A stretch of 54,313 nt of DNA, taken from the IMG/VR virus record IMGVR_UViG_3300043596_000010, positions 1 to 54,313 of that record; one strand, given 5' to 3'. This stretch comes from a virus. Taxonomy: Duplodnaviria; Caudoviricetes. The notes beneath the pieces are model-generated. The model was not told where the DNA came from, ran no database searches, and saw only the letters and a program-made list of their open reading frames with translations. Each line of letters begins with the position of its first letter. Within the stretch, counting starts at the first letter, position 1. This document shows positions 9,112 through 20,378 of this stretch, piece by piece. The position numbers were made by a program, and so were the translations under genes.

Positions 9112-9183
9112 GCTATAGCCCGAGGCGAGTAAACAAGCGGGAAAGGGGCAAAACCGCTCATACTTCTAGCCTCGGGCCATAGC
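9112..9183 (-). other. Long imperfect intergenic hairpin
   Basis: 15-bp basal stem GCTATGGCCCGAGGC/GCCTCGGGCTATAGC plus inner AGCGG/CCGCT. Confidence 0.65.
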
Positions 9184-9220
9184 GACCTGTGGGAACTATT
9201 TAGTTAGTGTGCCGATTTAA

Positions 9221-9655
9221 TTACTCAGCTTCGTACTCATCTGCCGGATAGCAAACCGAAACCTGATTGCTATCGGAGTAACCAGAATCCTTCTTGGCCT
9301 TCTGGTAAGTAACCTTAGCGACCAACGACTTGCCAACTAAACCTTCGGTTCCAGTCTCGTCATCGTCGTAAAGGTCGAAATCAATTTCGCCTTCAACGTC
9401 ATAGCCGAGAGCATGAAGAAGATTCTTCAGGAAAGGCAGTCGCTTGTCATTGGTCCAAGAATAGTAGCCAAAAATGCTGCGCCCGTCGTACTCGCCACCA
9501 TCAACGTTGAAAGTAATCTTCAACTGCTGCTGACCAGGCTCGCTCTTAACATCAACCATCTCAGCCTCAAAGATGGTCAGCTTATAATCGTCGGCAGGAA
9601 TAGGCTCAAAACCCTGTGCTTCCTTAATGCCTGCAAGATTAACTGAAATACCCAT
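9221..9655 (-). CDS. DUF669-like single-stranded DNA-binding protein
   Basis: FEPIP..Y, G.Y.GR.IF, LVGK, acidic C-terminus; synteny with AAA ATPase and exonuclease. Confidence 0.75.
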   Translation of the reverse strand: MGISVNLAGIKEAQGFEPIPADDYKLTIFEAEMVDVKSEPGQQQLKITFNVDGGEYDGRSIFGYYSWTNDKRLPFLKNLLHALGYDVEGEIDFDLYDDDETGTEGLVGKSLVAKVTYQKAKKDSGYSDSNQVSVCYPADEYEAE

Positions 9656-9683
9656 GTTTTGTTTTTAGTCCTTTGCGTTATTT

Positions 9684-10619
9684 TTAGGTGTTTGTTATTA
9701 GTGTGTACAACTCAGCCATAGTTGGATCCATAATCGTTTCGGGCAGTAGCCCGTCCCGATCTTTAGCCATAACTGTAGCTGTAGCCTTCGTTCGGATAAC
9801 TCTATTACTAGTTCGCACCTTAGTTGCAGGCTTATTGCCCGTGCCAGGCTTTTCGGTAACTGTTTCCTTCATTGAATAGTAGAAAACGAAATCGAACATG
9901 CTTGGCACTTGCTTTCGCACCTTACCAGGAAAGTCTGGCTCAGTACGAAATGCCCCGGTACGCTTATTCTGAATGTCATCTCCGTGAGCAGTGACAATCA
10001 CATTACACCCTAACCGCTTTAGTTCCTTAATGACTGTACGCATTCGTACGAGCATGATGCCGTACTCACGCATACTAGGAACTTCTGGGTCTTCCATCTT
10101 AGGGTTATGGTCTACAACCTCAGCCATTAGCTTACTCATGCCAAGATTGTAAATCTCACCTCCTGTGTCCATGACTACTGTCTTATAGGGATTATTATTG
10201 CTAAGGTCATCAACGACCCGTCGCATTTGGTCCCAACCGAAAGACTTAATAGCCTGAACTTTGGAGTCACCCTTATATGCAGTATTCCTAACGTCGTCTA
10301 AATAGACGCCCTTAACGTCGGGATACTTGCGTCTAAGGCTTAGCACACCACCCTGTGCCGTGTCAAGGAAAAGGACAGGCGACATCTCGGGCACGCCGGC
10401 CGATGAACCAGCTAGAAAGGTCTTTCCAATACCACTATCTCCGAAAATAAGCATTGAGACTCTCTCAATACTCTTATCTACGGATTCCACAGGCAGGCCA
10501 CCAAGTAGTTCCTTAACATTGGCCTTAGTAATTGTAGGCTTAGGTGTTGGTGTATTAACTATCTTGCTATCAACTACAGGCTTACTTAGTAAACCACTAA
10601 GGTCGGGCTGTTCAGCCAT
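9684..10619 (-). CDS. AAA_24 / Sak4-like ATPase recombinase
   Basis: GDSGIGKT, TVVMDT, VIVTAH, MFDFV, AKDR. Confidence 0.8.
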   Translation of the reverse strand: MAEQPDLSGLLSKPVVDSKIVNTPTPKPTITKANVKELLGGLPVESVDKSIERVSMLIFGDSGIGKTFLAGSSAGVPEMSPVLFLDTAQGGVLSLRRKYPDVKGVYLDDVRNTAYKGDSKVQAIKSFGWDQMRRVVDDLSNNNPYKTVVMDTGGEIYNLGMSKLMAEVVDHNPKMEDPEVPSMREYGIMLVRMRTVIKELKRLGCNVIVTAHGDDIQNKRTGAFRTEPDFPGKVRKQVPSMFDFVFYYSMKETVTEKPGTGNKPATKVRTSNRVIRTKATATVMAKDRDGLLPETIMDPTMAELYTLITNT

Positions 10620-10893
10620 CTGGGTGGCTATCGTTAAATTCGTCTTCCTCAGGATCTAACTCCGGACTAAATAACCTCTTACTTAACCTATTAGCTCTAG
10701 CCTTATGTATCACATCATCGAACATAGCCTGTTCCGCTGTTTCCGATAAACGCTTAGGCTGTTCATAATCTTGCATAGAAAGTAATGCTCTAATGTCTTG
10801 TAGCGCCACGCTAGGGGCATTGTAATGATGCATTTCCCAACGCTTAGTTATAGCGCCGATCGCAGCTAAGATTGCTTCGTCAGTCATCTTCAA
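10612..10893 (-). CDS. Hypothetical protein
   Basis: ORF in operon with AGGAG SD. Confidence 0.55.
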   Translation of the reverse strand: MKMTDEAILAAIGAITKRWEMHHYNAPSVALQDIRALLSMQDYEQPKRLSETAEQAMFDDVIHKARANRLSKRLFSPELDPEEDEFNDSHPDG

Positions 10894-11147
10894 TCTCCTT
10901 CAGTTAGGGCCATGCAGCAAGTACAACCAACCCCGCCACACCGACGCAGGCATGTCAATGAACGATCCCCAGATAGCTTTGGATAATGATGTCTGCTCAT
11001 CCGTCATTATCTTCAACCAATCCTTCTGGCTCGCCAATAATCCAGCCCAAATCTTCTAGAACAACTTTAAGGTCATCGTAGAATTGAAAAAGTGAAATAT
11101 GCCCTTCTTCATATCTTTCAGTTAATGTGCGAATTGCCACAAAATGA

Positions 11148-12320
11148 CTAATCACGTTTGTGAAAGTATCCTTCCAAATAGAAATTAGAATCTTCCCCAT
11201 TTAGCTTGTTCAAACATGCAGGTCTAAACTCACAGCTATAGCAGTTTGTGGCTTTATAGCCCGGATTGATATAGATACTTGGATTGTTGAGCATATCGAT
11301 TGCTTCCATAGCAATTTGCTTGGTTAGCAAATCTAATTGGCGCTGACTCCTAGGCACATTAGTACGTCGGATAAACGTACCCGGATTCAAACTAAGCCAC
11401 TGCAAGAATTCTTCATAGTCGGCAGGGTTTAGATTTCGTTCCTCAAGCGCCTTAAGGTACAACTCCTTACTCGTATTTTGGCTCTTGTTCTTCGACAGGC
11501 CAATCTTAACAGTACCATTCTTGAGCTCCCGGTGCAACTCCTGCGGGGGCTGTGGGAAGGACTTATGCATTTCCGTATAGTAGATACCCTTTACAGGGTA
11601 CCCTAATTGGTTAAGTGCCCAAGCGTAGCTACTAAGCTGCTCATCAAAATCAAGAAAGCCTAGATCGTCTTTGAACGTTGCAGCGGTCTTGCCATCGTCA
11701 ATATAGAAGTTACCTTGAGCATCCTTAAACACATTGTCGATGCGGCCACCAAACATAACAGGTTCATAGTCTGTGTATAAGCCCGGCATTCGATAATGCA
11801 GAATACCTGAACCACTAGTTTGTAAGCTACCTTTCAGATAAGTTACATGGTCGTAAACTTTATCTTCCGACAGCTTAACTTTAAACATATGCGGCAACAG
11901 GTAATTACGCCCGAACCAATCCGTGTTAATTACGATGGGAATATTAAATTCCATTTCGCATGCCACCGGGGTTAGGTGGGCATCGTTAATCTCGGACCAC
12001 TTAGCGAATTCCTTAAGCATCTCAATGCCTAAGACCTTCTGTGTAGTCCAAGAATCCATGATGCCTGTGCGTTCGTAGTAGTCCACAAACGTCAACCAGG
12101 ATTCCACAAAGGCTGCCTGAGCACGCTCTAGCTTCAGAGGTTCGTGCCAGCCTGTGGGGTCATACCACGCCTCCCGGCCAGCATGAATTGCTGTCCCGAA
12201 ATTATAGTATTCAGGAACTTCGTCAGCTTCCCAATTCTGTCGCATCTTGGATCCAAAGTCCCAAGCTTGACGACACTTCTTGAAAGCTAATCTATCATGA
12301 GTTCGGATTAAGATAGTCAT
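11148..12320 (-). CDS. Cas4/AddB-like PD-(D/E)XK exonuclease
   Basis: N-terminal Cys, FGTAIH, GRID, IDDGKT, QL..Y, C-terminal CxxCxxxxxC. Confidence 0.85.
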   Translation of the reverse strand: MTILIRTHDRLAFKKCRQAWDFGSKMRQNWEADEVPEYYNFGTAIHAGREAWYDPTGWHEPLKLERAQAAFVESWLTFVDYYERTGIMDSWTTQKVLGIEMLKEFAKWSEINDAHLTPVACEMEFNIPIVINTDWFGRNYLLPHMFKVKLSEDKVYDHVTYLKGSLQTSGSGILHYRMPGLYTDYEPVMFGGRIDNVFKDAQGNFYIDDGKTAATFKDDLGFLDFDEQLSSYAWALNQLGYPVKGIYYTEMHKSFPQPPQELHRELKNGTVKIGLSKNKSQNTSKELYLKALEERNLNPADYEEFLQWLSLNPGTFIRRTNVPRSQRQLDLLTKQIAMEAIDMLNNPSIYINPGYKATNCYSCEFRPACLNKLNGEDSNFYLEGYFHKRD

Positions 12321-12706
12321 TCCCTATCCAACATGACTTGATTTACAAACCAATGCAATCCATCGTGTATATGTTCTACGTGCTGTTCATGTGTTGCACT
12401 AAACTTAATTGGGTTGTTGTACCAATTGTAAACGATAGGATAAGCCCTAACAAATAGATAATCTCTTGTTTCTTCATCTGCAATGTTAGTGCGAATCTCT
12501 AGTAAATCGTATTGCAATACATCAAAATCTACGGTTGCAACAATCCACAGATAGCAGTAATCGTAATTACCATCAAGCAGACTACGCCAAAGGTTATAAC
12601 CTTCTGCGCCCTGGCTAGCGATGGTTAATTTTGCATCGTGGAAGTAGTGTGCAATATCTTGCCCATTTGGCAAGTCAGAAAATGGTGGATCAAGCATTGT
12701 GGTCAA
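12317..12706 (-). CDS. Hypothetical protein
   Basis: ORF overlapping next gene. Confidence 0.6.
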   Translation of the reverse strand: MTTMLDPPFSDLPNGQDIAHYFHDAKLTIASQGAEGYNLWRSLLDGNYDYCYLWIVATVDFDVLQYDLLEIRTNIADEETRDYLFVRAYPIVYNWYNNPIKFSATHEQHVEHIHDGLHWFVNQVMLDRE

Positions 12707-12862
12707 TTATCATATCCTCATAGTCGCATGCTGAACAAGTGTGAAGATGCACTTCGTGACCATCGCTATAATAACAAGTTAGGTCATCGTCACCACATGC
12801 CGGGCAAATCATAGTTTGCTCGGTTTCAATACAGTAACCATCTGCGACGTTTGCTTCAACCA

Positions 12863-13192
12863 TTAATCAACCGCCCTATGTTCTGTGGCATTAACAGATT
12901 CATTAAGACCTTTAAGATAACCATGCCCATAGCCTAAGTCATAAGCATCTTGCAGCGCCTGTGGGACCCATGCCCAATCACGTCGAAAGGATTGATCCTC
13001 AGGCTCGCCGCCATCCTCACCAAGAATTTCGACAGGCTTACCATCTTCGCAACGCACAAGTGCTCGAAGCCAATAATCTTCTTCGTAGTAGTTAGGACCC
13101 ATATCGTCTACATATTCTTGGCCATGAACAGCCAAGTCGGCTTCTTTAGGTGACAATAGCTTATAAGTAATATCCAATTTAAATCCTTTCAT
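12863..13192 (-). CDS. Hypothetical protein (DGGEPED..F.RD motif)
   Basis: Motif familiar from phage hypotheticals. Confidence 0.65.
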   Translation of the reverse strand: MKGFKLDITYKLLSPKEADLAVHGQEYVDDMGPNYYEEDYWLRALVRCEDGKPVEILGEDGGEPEDQSFRRDWAWVPQALQDAYDLGYGHGYLKGLNESVNATEHRAVD

Positions 13193-13200
13193 TAGAACGC

Positions 13201-13232
13201 AAAGAGCCCCTACTAGAAAGTAGGGGCTCTTT
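13201..13232. terminator. Intrinsic terminator
   Basis: AAAGAGCCCCTACT-AGAA-AGTAGGGGCTCTTT perfect inverted repeat. Confidence 0.8.
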
Positions 13233-13267
13233 GGCAGTATAAGCGTACGTTCTGGTAGCTAAGTCCT

Positions 13268-13717
13268 TTAGGCCAACTCAGCTTCAGTATCCTCAGGGTC
13301 AATGGCCCAATCGCCATCGGTCTCGACGTCAGCCTCGGCCGGCTCATCCGTGGCATCGGAGTCGCTATCAGCCTCCTTAGCGGCAGCCTTGGCAGCCTCG
13401 GCAGCCTTAGCAGCCGCAAGCTTGACCTTCAGACCCTGGTAATGCTTAACAGCACTAGGATCAAGCACGATGTAAACGCTGCCAGTCTCATCGGCCGCCC
13501 CACGCAGCTTAACGCTAACGCCAAGCTCTTTGTCGGAGCAGAACTTGCCGATGGTGGTACGAACGCTACCAGCCTTCTTGCCATCGAGATCAACCTTAGC
13601 CGCCTTAGCACCGGAGCTAATAAAGGCGTTAACCAGTTCCTCAGTCTCAGTATTTCCGCCTCGCCGACCACGAGTGCCAACGGGGATTTCATCAAGCTCA
13701 ACCGGGGTAAAATCCAT
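13268..13717 (-). CDS. Hypothetical, possibly DNA-binding protein with Ala/Lys linker and acidic tail (start ATG 13717)
   Basis: AAGGA SD upstream; RGRRG motif; biased codon use; own terminator. Confidence 0.65.
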   Translation of the reverse strand: MDFTPVELDEIPVGTRGRRGGNTETEELVNAFISSGAKAAKVDLDGKKAGSVRTTIGKFCSDKELGVSVKLRGAADETGSVYIVLDPSAVKHYQGLKVKLAAAKAAEAAKAAAKEADSDSDATDEPAEADVETDGDWAIDPEDTEAELA

Positions 13718-13799
13718 TGTTTTTGTCCTTTTAGGTTTAGGTGTTCGTTTGTGAACTGGCACTACGGTATCAAAGACCGGGGGCACTATGCAACCTCTT

Positions 13800-15188
13800 T
13801 CACGAAAAATGTTCTGGCGCAAGCACTCGCCTAAACCACGCCCATGAAATTTCCAGTTGATCCTTTCGGGTTCGGTCGATCGTATCTCGGGCCATGAAAT
13901 CTATAACCTGAACAGCATTCTTTTGCCCTATGCGGTGTAGACGATCCTCGGCCTGTTCATTAGCCGCAGGAGGGTGCTGACGGTCGAAGAAGGCCACCTT
14001 ATTGGCAGAGGTGAGCGTAATGCCCACACCGCCAGCTTTGATGGTGCTGGAAAAGATTCTAGTTTCACCTTCTTGGAACCGGCGTACGAGTCCACCTCTT
14101 AGCTTCTGTGGTGTCTCACCAGTTAACTTGCTGTGGCTAATACCCTTAGCAGCTAACGCATTATCAAATAAGTTAATCATTTGACTAAACTGACTAAAGA
14201 ACACAAATTGCTCATCTGGGTGATCCATAATCAATTCAATTGCAGCATCAATCTTGGCACTTGGATGCATCATAAAGGCTTTACCATTACGCATAGTCAT
14301 ACAGGCATCGGCAAATTGCTGCATGCGTTGATGCTGCACAACAACAATGCTACTCGTTAGTGGTTGATCCTCATGTTCACCAATCCAAGAAAGCATCTGC
14401 TTTTTCATACTCTCATATGCACGTCTCTGTGCCGGAGCCAATTCAACTTGGATTGTGCTGTAATATTTCTCAGGCAAATCTGGAGTTACTTCTTCCTTCA
14501 AATGCCTAACAGAGAATGGCGCAATTCGTTGCTGTAGCTTCTTTTCCTTATAGCGTTGCTCCGGCCCACGACCTAAAGCCTCAGCCTCATTAGGCTTAAG
14601 AATCTTAACGTAGCCATAGCGATCTTCGGCCCACAGGATAAACTCCTTGCGAAATCGGCCATAGGCTCTATATTCCCTCTTATCGAGCCAGTTAAGAATA
14701 CTCCACAACTTGTCTGGTGTAGTTGTATAGGGCGTTCCAGACATTGCTGTACGAAACTCAGCTTGAAGCTTTTTTAATGCGATTGTCTGTGCAGCCTTTT
14801 TATTCTGCGCCCTGTGGCACTCATCTGCAATTACATGCCCCCACTTAACCTTAGCCAATTCAGGCATAAGACGAAGGGCATCCCAATGCATGATGTAAAC
14901 TTCTGCATCTTGCTTAAGAAAGAGCTCACGTTTCTTAGGATCAATCCTACGCACGTTTGGCGTAATAAGCTTGAAATGGTCTTCCCAATGACTTAGCACA
15001 GACAACGGAGCAACTACCAGCGTTGGCTTAGAAGTCTTCAAGCTGACATCAATAGCGCTAGCCTCGAACGTCTTACCGGTGCCCATGTCATTCATAATCA
15101 AAGCATAAGGTAAGCCACTATTGGTTAGCTTTTTAACGTCAGCTTCTTGAAAGGGCAAGAGTTTAATAGTCAATGTCACCCTACCCAA
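13800..15188 (-). CDS. SNF2-family helicase
   Basis: DMGTGKT, IADECH, SGTP, GGVGITLT, QAEDRLHRIGQ. Confidence 0.92.
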   Translation of the reverse strand: MGRVTLTIKLLPFQEADVKKLTNSGLPYALIMNDMGTGKTFEASAIDVSLKTSKPTLVVAPLSVLSHWEDHFKLITPNVRRIDPKKRELFLKQDAEVYIMHWDALRLMPELAKVKWGHVIADECHRAQNKKAAQTIALKKLQAEFRTAMSGTPYTTTPDKLWSILNWLDKREYRAYGRFRKEFILWAEDRYGYVKILKPNEAEALGRGPEQRYKEKKLQQRIAPFSVRHLKEEVTPDLPEKYYSTIQVELAPAQRRAYESMKKQMLSWIGEHEDQPLTSSIVVVQHQRMQQFADACMTMRNGKAFMMHPSAKIDAAIELIMDHPDEQFVFFSQFSQMINLFDNALAAKGISHSKLTGETPQKLRGGLVRRFQEGETRIFSSTIKAGGVGITLTSANKVAFFDRQHPPAANEQAEDRLHRIGQKNAVQVIDFMARDTIDRTRKDQLEISWAWFRRVLAPEHFS

Positions 15189-17565
15189 CGCACATAATGT
15201 TCTGGATTACCTGGTGGGTTGCGAGGCACACGTCGAATAGACGTTGATCCATCGTATTCGTCTACGTAATATACATGCTCATTAGTCCAAATAATGACGT
15301 CATGGCAATCTTGGCTACCAAAACCAGCGTCATATTGATAGTTTAACGCATGTTTGGCAGTATCCCAACCTACAAGCGAATTAATTAACTTATTACCCGC
15401 TTGAAAACGTTCATCTCGATTGTAGCCGTAACCGCCTGGCGATGTTATTAAAACTGCCTGTATGTGCTCACTGCCAACAGCGTTTAGAATATCGCTTGCA
15501 AAATTTGGCATTTAGACTCCCCAATGCTTAGTAAACTTAGGGTGGTTCGGCCTAGTTGTAACTACCTTACCCCAAGTAAGTTTTACGCCACTGACACGGG
15601 CAATTAAATCTACATAGTCCTTAAAGCATTGCTCATCATATATAGCCTGCCAATTAATAATCACCGTACTTCATCTACAAAATTTGCCATCAATGATTCC
15701 TTTTTTCGACTATCTCCAAACCCTTATCGTCAAGATCTGCAAAAAACTTTCTTACTAGCCTATCGGCTTCGTAATCTGAATAGTTATCACGAATTAGTAG
15801 GCTAAACAAACTCAGAATGGCCCTACTTGTGGGAACAGTCATAGGCGGCTTAAAGTCATCCATCATGTGGCCTCCAATTAATAATCATACTCCATCAATA
15901 CGATTACTAACCCAACTAATTCAAATTTACCAAAGATTACACGTACAAACTTATCTGCCTCGTATTCTTCATAACCTTCCTTTACCAACTGTTCACGTAA
16001 GATAACATAGGCTTTGTCCATAGCAATACTCATAGCTAACTCCAATCATCCTTCATGCGAGCGCTTTAAATCTTCCTGATCCCATGTTTCAGGCATATAC
16101 ATGTCATCCCATTTAATCCAACAAAAACGTCCCCATTGGGCGACCACCGTACCAGGTATATGGCCTTCCCAATTCTTAGGGATAACTTGCTCTCCAAGTT
16201 CAGGCTTCAACATACAAATCTCCAAACGTAATCTCTGCCTTAGGCGTTAATAGGGTTAAACTATTAGGGCTACACTTAGCAATACCGCCACCAAACTTAA
16301 GTTGGTCCAGTTCAACTACCCAAATTGGCACTATATGGCATAACTTAGTTTTACGGAGTAAAACTCCTGTGTGCTCCTTAAATGGATAACCATTAATACG
16401 AACCTTATCACCGACTTTAAGCTCTTGCTTTGTCACTTTCTTGGATCCTCAGTTAACTTATACATGGAAAACTCTCTCCGTGGAATAGCTAAGCGAATGG
16501 CTTTAGATTCTGCCTCTCGCATTGTGCCAAATGGCCCATACCAGCCCTTATGTTTCTCACTGTGGACCTTTAACCACCAATGTCCGGGTGTGTGGCGACG
16601 CATATTTAATCCTCAACCTCTGACATCTTAAATAGTGTTTCTGCGTAGTCACGCAAGGCTGGGTCGGGCTGCTTTGAATCCCAACTCCTAAGCTTTCGAT
16701 TCGCTGTGGCTCCGAGAAACGGCCCAGCGTCAACAGGTAGACTCTGCTCATTTAGCTGCTTAATGCTTAAGCGTCCTGTAGGCTTAATCTCAATATGGCT
16801 AATATTTTGCAACGGAAACTCCAATCTACCTTCAGCATGATTACTACCAACGTAAATAAGCAGTCGATTAGGGTACGAAGCATACTTCCACCCACATTTA
16901 ATTGAGTAATATTCTGTATGCTCATCTAAGAACGTAATTGCAATTTCAGGTCTCATTATTTACCTCGTCCCAAGCATCATTAAGTAAGCGGGCCTTATAG
17001 AATTCTGGATATCGAGACTTCTCATTAGCAATGAATCTGTACGCCTCAGCCTTATTAAAGGTTGCCATATCAGGATCGCCAATTTGTACCCAATGCACAC
17101 TTAACTTATTGAGGCAAGGTGCATACCAGCACTCTTCAAACTCGTAATGGGGTAACTTAAAATATACAACCCACAGGCTACGCATGTCTTTGCGATTATA
17201 GCCTAGTTCAGTCTTACGAACCTTGCCGGTTTCTAGTAACTCACCAAAGCTAATCATACTATGCCCCTTTCAGCATTTAATTGCATTACCTGCTCTAAGT
17301 AAGCAATAATGATGCTGGACTCATCGCCGTCGCCATCAACGTCAGCAGGATCAATACCTAATTGATCGGCAATCCAATCTACAATATCTTCAATGGTCTT
17401 AGCCATTTCTGTGGATTCCTCTGGAATATTCATGCTGGTGCCCCACATTTCTTACAAATACGCACCGTCTTACCATTCTCCGTTACTTTAATATAAACAT
17501 GATGTCCACCAGCACAACCTTCACCGCCCTGTGGGTCCTGATATTGGCCACCGCCTTTACGTTTA

Positions 17566-17913
17566 TTAGTCATCCCCAGGCTCCACTGCCTTAGCATATA
17601 CGTAATAGTAAGTATTCTTGCCGTTTGCAACGGTTCTAAGTGCGCCCTTAAACAGCCCCTTAGGTCCCCAGATAGCGCTGCCATTTGACACTCGGTGGGT
17701 TAAACGCCTAGCTACGTCAATGTCATCATACGCTACAAGCAACCGCCAAATACCAACATTAGCAAGCAAGGCATCTCTAATTTCTAAGAACTCTAAGTCC
17801 CTAGCGGTTCCTTTACTAGCTCGAAACGTATCGGGGTCCTGCCAAATAGCTTCTGCAAGTGGGGCACCAATGATGATTTCGCTCGGATCAACTGGTGTAT
17901 GCCTAATTTTCAT
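17566..17913 (-). CDS. Hypothetical protein
   Basis: AGGAG SD; weak C-terminal similarity (VYAK/VYAR) to 18297..18542. Confidence 0.65.
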   Translation of the reverse strand: MKIRHTPVDPSEIIIGAPLAEAIWQDPDTFRASKGTARDLEFLEIRDALLANVGIWRLLVAYDDIDVARRLTHRVSNGSAIWGPKGLFKGALRTVANGKNTYYYVYAKAVEPGDD

Positions 17914-17930
17914 ATTAATATTGCTCCTTA

Positions 17931-18155
17931 TTATAGTGTATCATCCCAATCACCATTTCTTACGGCATCAACATGCCAACACTTCTTAGCATTCTGAAAA
18001 CCCTTGCACGAACACACAACCTCGTCAAACTCAGAATCGCTGCCAATGGCAGAAGGAATTAGCACAGTAAAATACCACGTAAATGGATCTGAGTTAGATC
18101 GAATCTTCCAAACGCTGCCGTCGCCAACATAAGTACCTTGAGGCTTCAGTTTCAT
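17931..18155 (-). CDS. SWIM zinc-finger protein
   Basis: CSCKGFQNAKKCWH (CxCxnCxH). Confidence 0.75.
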   Translation of the reverse strand: MKLKPQGTYVGDGSVWKIRSNSDPFTWYFTVLIPSAIGSDSEFDEVVCSCKGFQNAKKCWHVDAVRNGDWDDTL

Positions 18156-18296
18156 GCCATAACTCCAAACGGAAATAGTCCATCAACATACTCATCTGGT
18201 GTACCAAGATATAAAGTGACCATACTCCAATCCCACCACATTGGGGCCTGTTCAGGCTTAAAGTAAGCACCTCGCCATGATTGATCTAACCAGAAT

Positions 18297-18542
18297 TTAG
18301 TCTTGCATTCTTGCATAAACCCACACCCTATTAACGTTGCCGTCTTCTACCTTAGTCTTTATATCGTAAAGCTTAGGATTTACTCGCTTACACTTACCAG
18401 CACGAATATAACTAACTGTGCCCTTACTAACAGTAACCGGGTACCGCCAATATAAATAGTTAGGACGTGGAGGCGTGTTTTTAGGTAAGTTAATTAGCCA
18501 ATCACGGAACTCGTTAGGCTTACTTTGCTTAAACTCAATCAC
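18297..18542 (-). CDS. Hypothetical protein
   Basis: ORF in operon. Confidence 0.6.
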   Translation of the reverse strand: MIEFKQSKPNEFRDWLINLPKNTPPRPNYLYWRYPVTVSKGTVSYIRAGKCKRVNPKLYDIKTKVEDGNVNRVWVYARMQD

Positions 18543-18823
18543 GTATCACCAAACTCCTGCTTAAGCTGCTCGATATTTCGCTTACCCGCACTAAAATCCT
18601 GTGCCGGAAACTGCTTAGGACCTGCCTGGCGAGTAGGAATGCTTCCGTCAGCACTAACCTGCACAACCCAACCAGTCTGGTAATGCCGGCAACGGTTTGC
18701 GTTATCACACTGAAAATGGTGCAACCTGTCACCGTAATTATTGGCGTTTGTAACCTGCAAAGCCTTACCGGGCTCCCCACAGGTTGGGCAGCGGCTAGCT
18801 TCTTCAAACTTGGTATCAGGCAT
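18539..18823 (-). CDS. Zinc-ribbon protein (start ATG 18823)
   Basis: CPTC...CDNANRC; GGAG SD. Confidence 0.65.
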   Translation of the reverse strand: MPDTKFEEASRCPTCGEPGKALQVTNANNYGDRLHHFQCDNANRCRHYQTGWVVQVSADGSIPTRQAGPKQFPAQDFSAGKRNIEQLKQEFGDT

Positions 18824-19021
18824 TTGAGTCTCCATGAATATTGTTATAAATAATTTCGAGTGCGTTATCAATGTTAGTTAGCAGCAATCTACTAGCTTTT
18901 ACGGCTAACTCCAACTCATAGCCAGAGCTAACCACAATTTTAGCCTTATCATTAATGGGATCAGCCCAAACGGAAATAGCCCATTCTCCTGCCCCATTAT
19001 AAAAGTCAGCTATCTTAAGCA

Positions 19022-19546
19022 TCATGGATTGTACTCTCCTACATCTTGGATTAAAGACGGCGCAATCGTCAGCTTCGATAGAGTAAATGCCATCTCGTCA
19101 ACACGCTGAGTTAGCTTTTCAAGTTCGCCCTCTAAATGCCTAATAGAAGAAAAGATTACCAAGTCCTTATTTCCAGTAGCCATCTGCTCTCTAAAGCGTG
19201 TAGCAGTTAGGTTTGACTCGTTCTCGTCCGGCCGCTTAATAAGCACAAACACAGAGGGGTTAGGTCCTGCACCTTGCGCTAGCTTGCGAATGCATCCCAT
19301 CATCTGCATATGAGACACCACTCGGGAATACTGATTTTGTGCCCAACCTACCTCCTTAAAGAGCCTAGTAACGAAGCCCGTATAAATTTTCACGCCGTCA
19401 TCTGCATCGCTAACTTGGCCGTGCGACTCAGCTAACATTGCATCATAAAAGATTTCGCACTTCTGAAAGAGCGTAGTTGGTGACTTCTTAGGCTTTTCGC
19501 CATCTACTGGCTCAGTATCATCGAACGGATCATAACTATCAGACAT
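19022..19546 (-). CDS. Hypothetical protein, possible winged-helix plus coiled coil
   Basis: Helix-helix-wing pattern (QYSRVVSHMQMMGCIRKL), heptad C-terminus. Confidence 0.5.
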   Translation of the reverse strand: MSDSYDPFDDTEPVDGEKPKKSPTTLFQKCEIFYDAMLAESHGQVSDADDGVKIYTGFVTRLFKEVGWAQNQYSRVVSHMQMMGCIRKLAQGAGPNPSVFVLIKRPDENESNLTATRFREQMATGNKDLVIFSSIRHLEGELEKLTQRVDEMAFTLSKLTIAPSLIQDVGEYNP

Positions 19547-20102
19547 ATTTTTTAGTAGCTCCGTCGGTATGTAATTGTTAGGTCGTTTTCAAACTTGTAA
19601 ATAGCTTCTGTAAGCAAACCATTTTCAAATGCTGCACCCACAGGGTGTGTGGTATCAATCCAAACCGTCTTGGTTTCCACCTTAGTATATTGGCCCTGCT
19701 CGCCATTACGGCGAGTCTGAGTTGCCATATCCAGTTTAATCCTCATCAGACTCCCTATAGTAAAGGGTTTCCAAATCGGCATCTGTAGTAAGAGTACTAA
19801 TCTGGACTAAGGTAGGGAACTGTGCAAATAACCCAAGTATTGCATTATCAAACTTGTTAGTTCCTTCTACAACCCTACCTGCCGGCCCAATATCTACACG
19901 TAGAACAGTAAAGTCAGACATTAAAAGGCATACCTTTCCCTAGATCGTTGCTCGTATTGTACAAGTTCCATCATTGCATCAATTTCTTCGGGGTCAACGT
20001 CTGCGAAATCTTCGCCTGCCCTATACCTATTTAACCAAGTATCTAGCTCATGATCTGACCAAGATGTTATCCAGTCAATAAGCTGCAATTCTCTATCCCT
20101 AT

Positions 20103-20378
20103 TCATGGGCATACCCAACCATGCGAGCCCGTTGGCTGACCATTCTTGATGTAGCAGTAAGTACACAGGAAGTGTCCATTAGCTGGATTGTACGTGCCCT
20201 CTTCCTGTATGACATACTTCTTAGCCTTGAGCATCACCTGCCCCAGCTCAGACGCCATAACGAACTTCTGTGGCTCAGACTCATCAGGAGGTTCAGTAAC
20301 CATTTGAACGTACTCATCCAACTCGTATGGACGCTTAGCACAACCAACACAAATTGGATCATCTGGATTATCAGGCAT
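20103..20378 (-). CDS. Hypothetical Cys4 protein
   Basis: CVGC...EGTYNP..GHFLCTYCY. Confidence 0.65.
   Translation of the reverse strand: MPDNPDDPICVGCAKRPYELDEYVQMVTEPPDESEPQKFVMASELGQVMLKAKKYVIQEEGTYNPANGHFLCTYCYIKNGQPTGSHGWVCP

Noticed and set aside
11148-12320. CRISPR-Cas system (Cas4-like gene, 32-bp duplicated segment, repeats)
   Set aside because: No repeat-spacer array and no cas1/cas2; the gene sits in a standard Sak4-SSB-exonuclease recombination module
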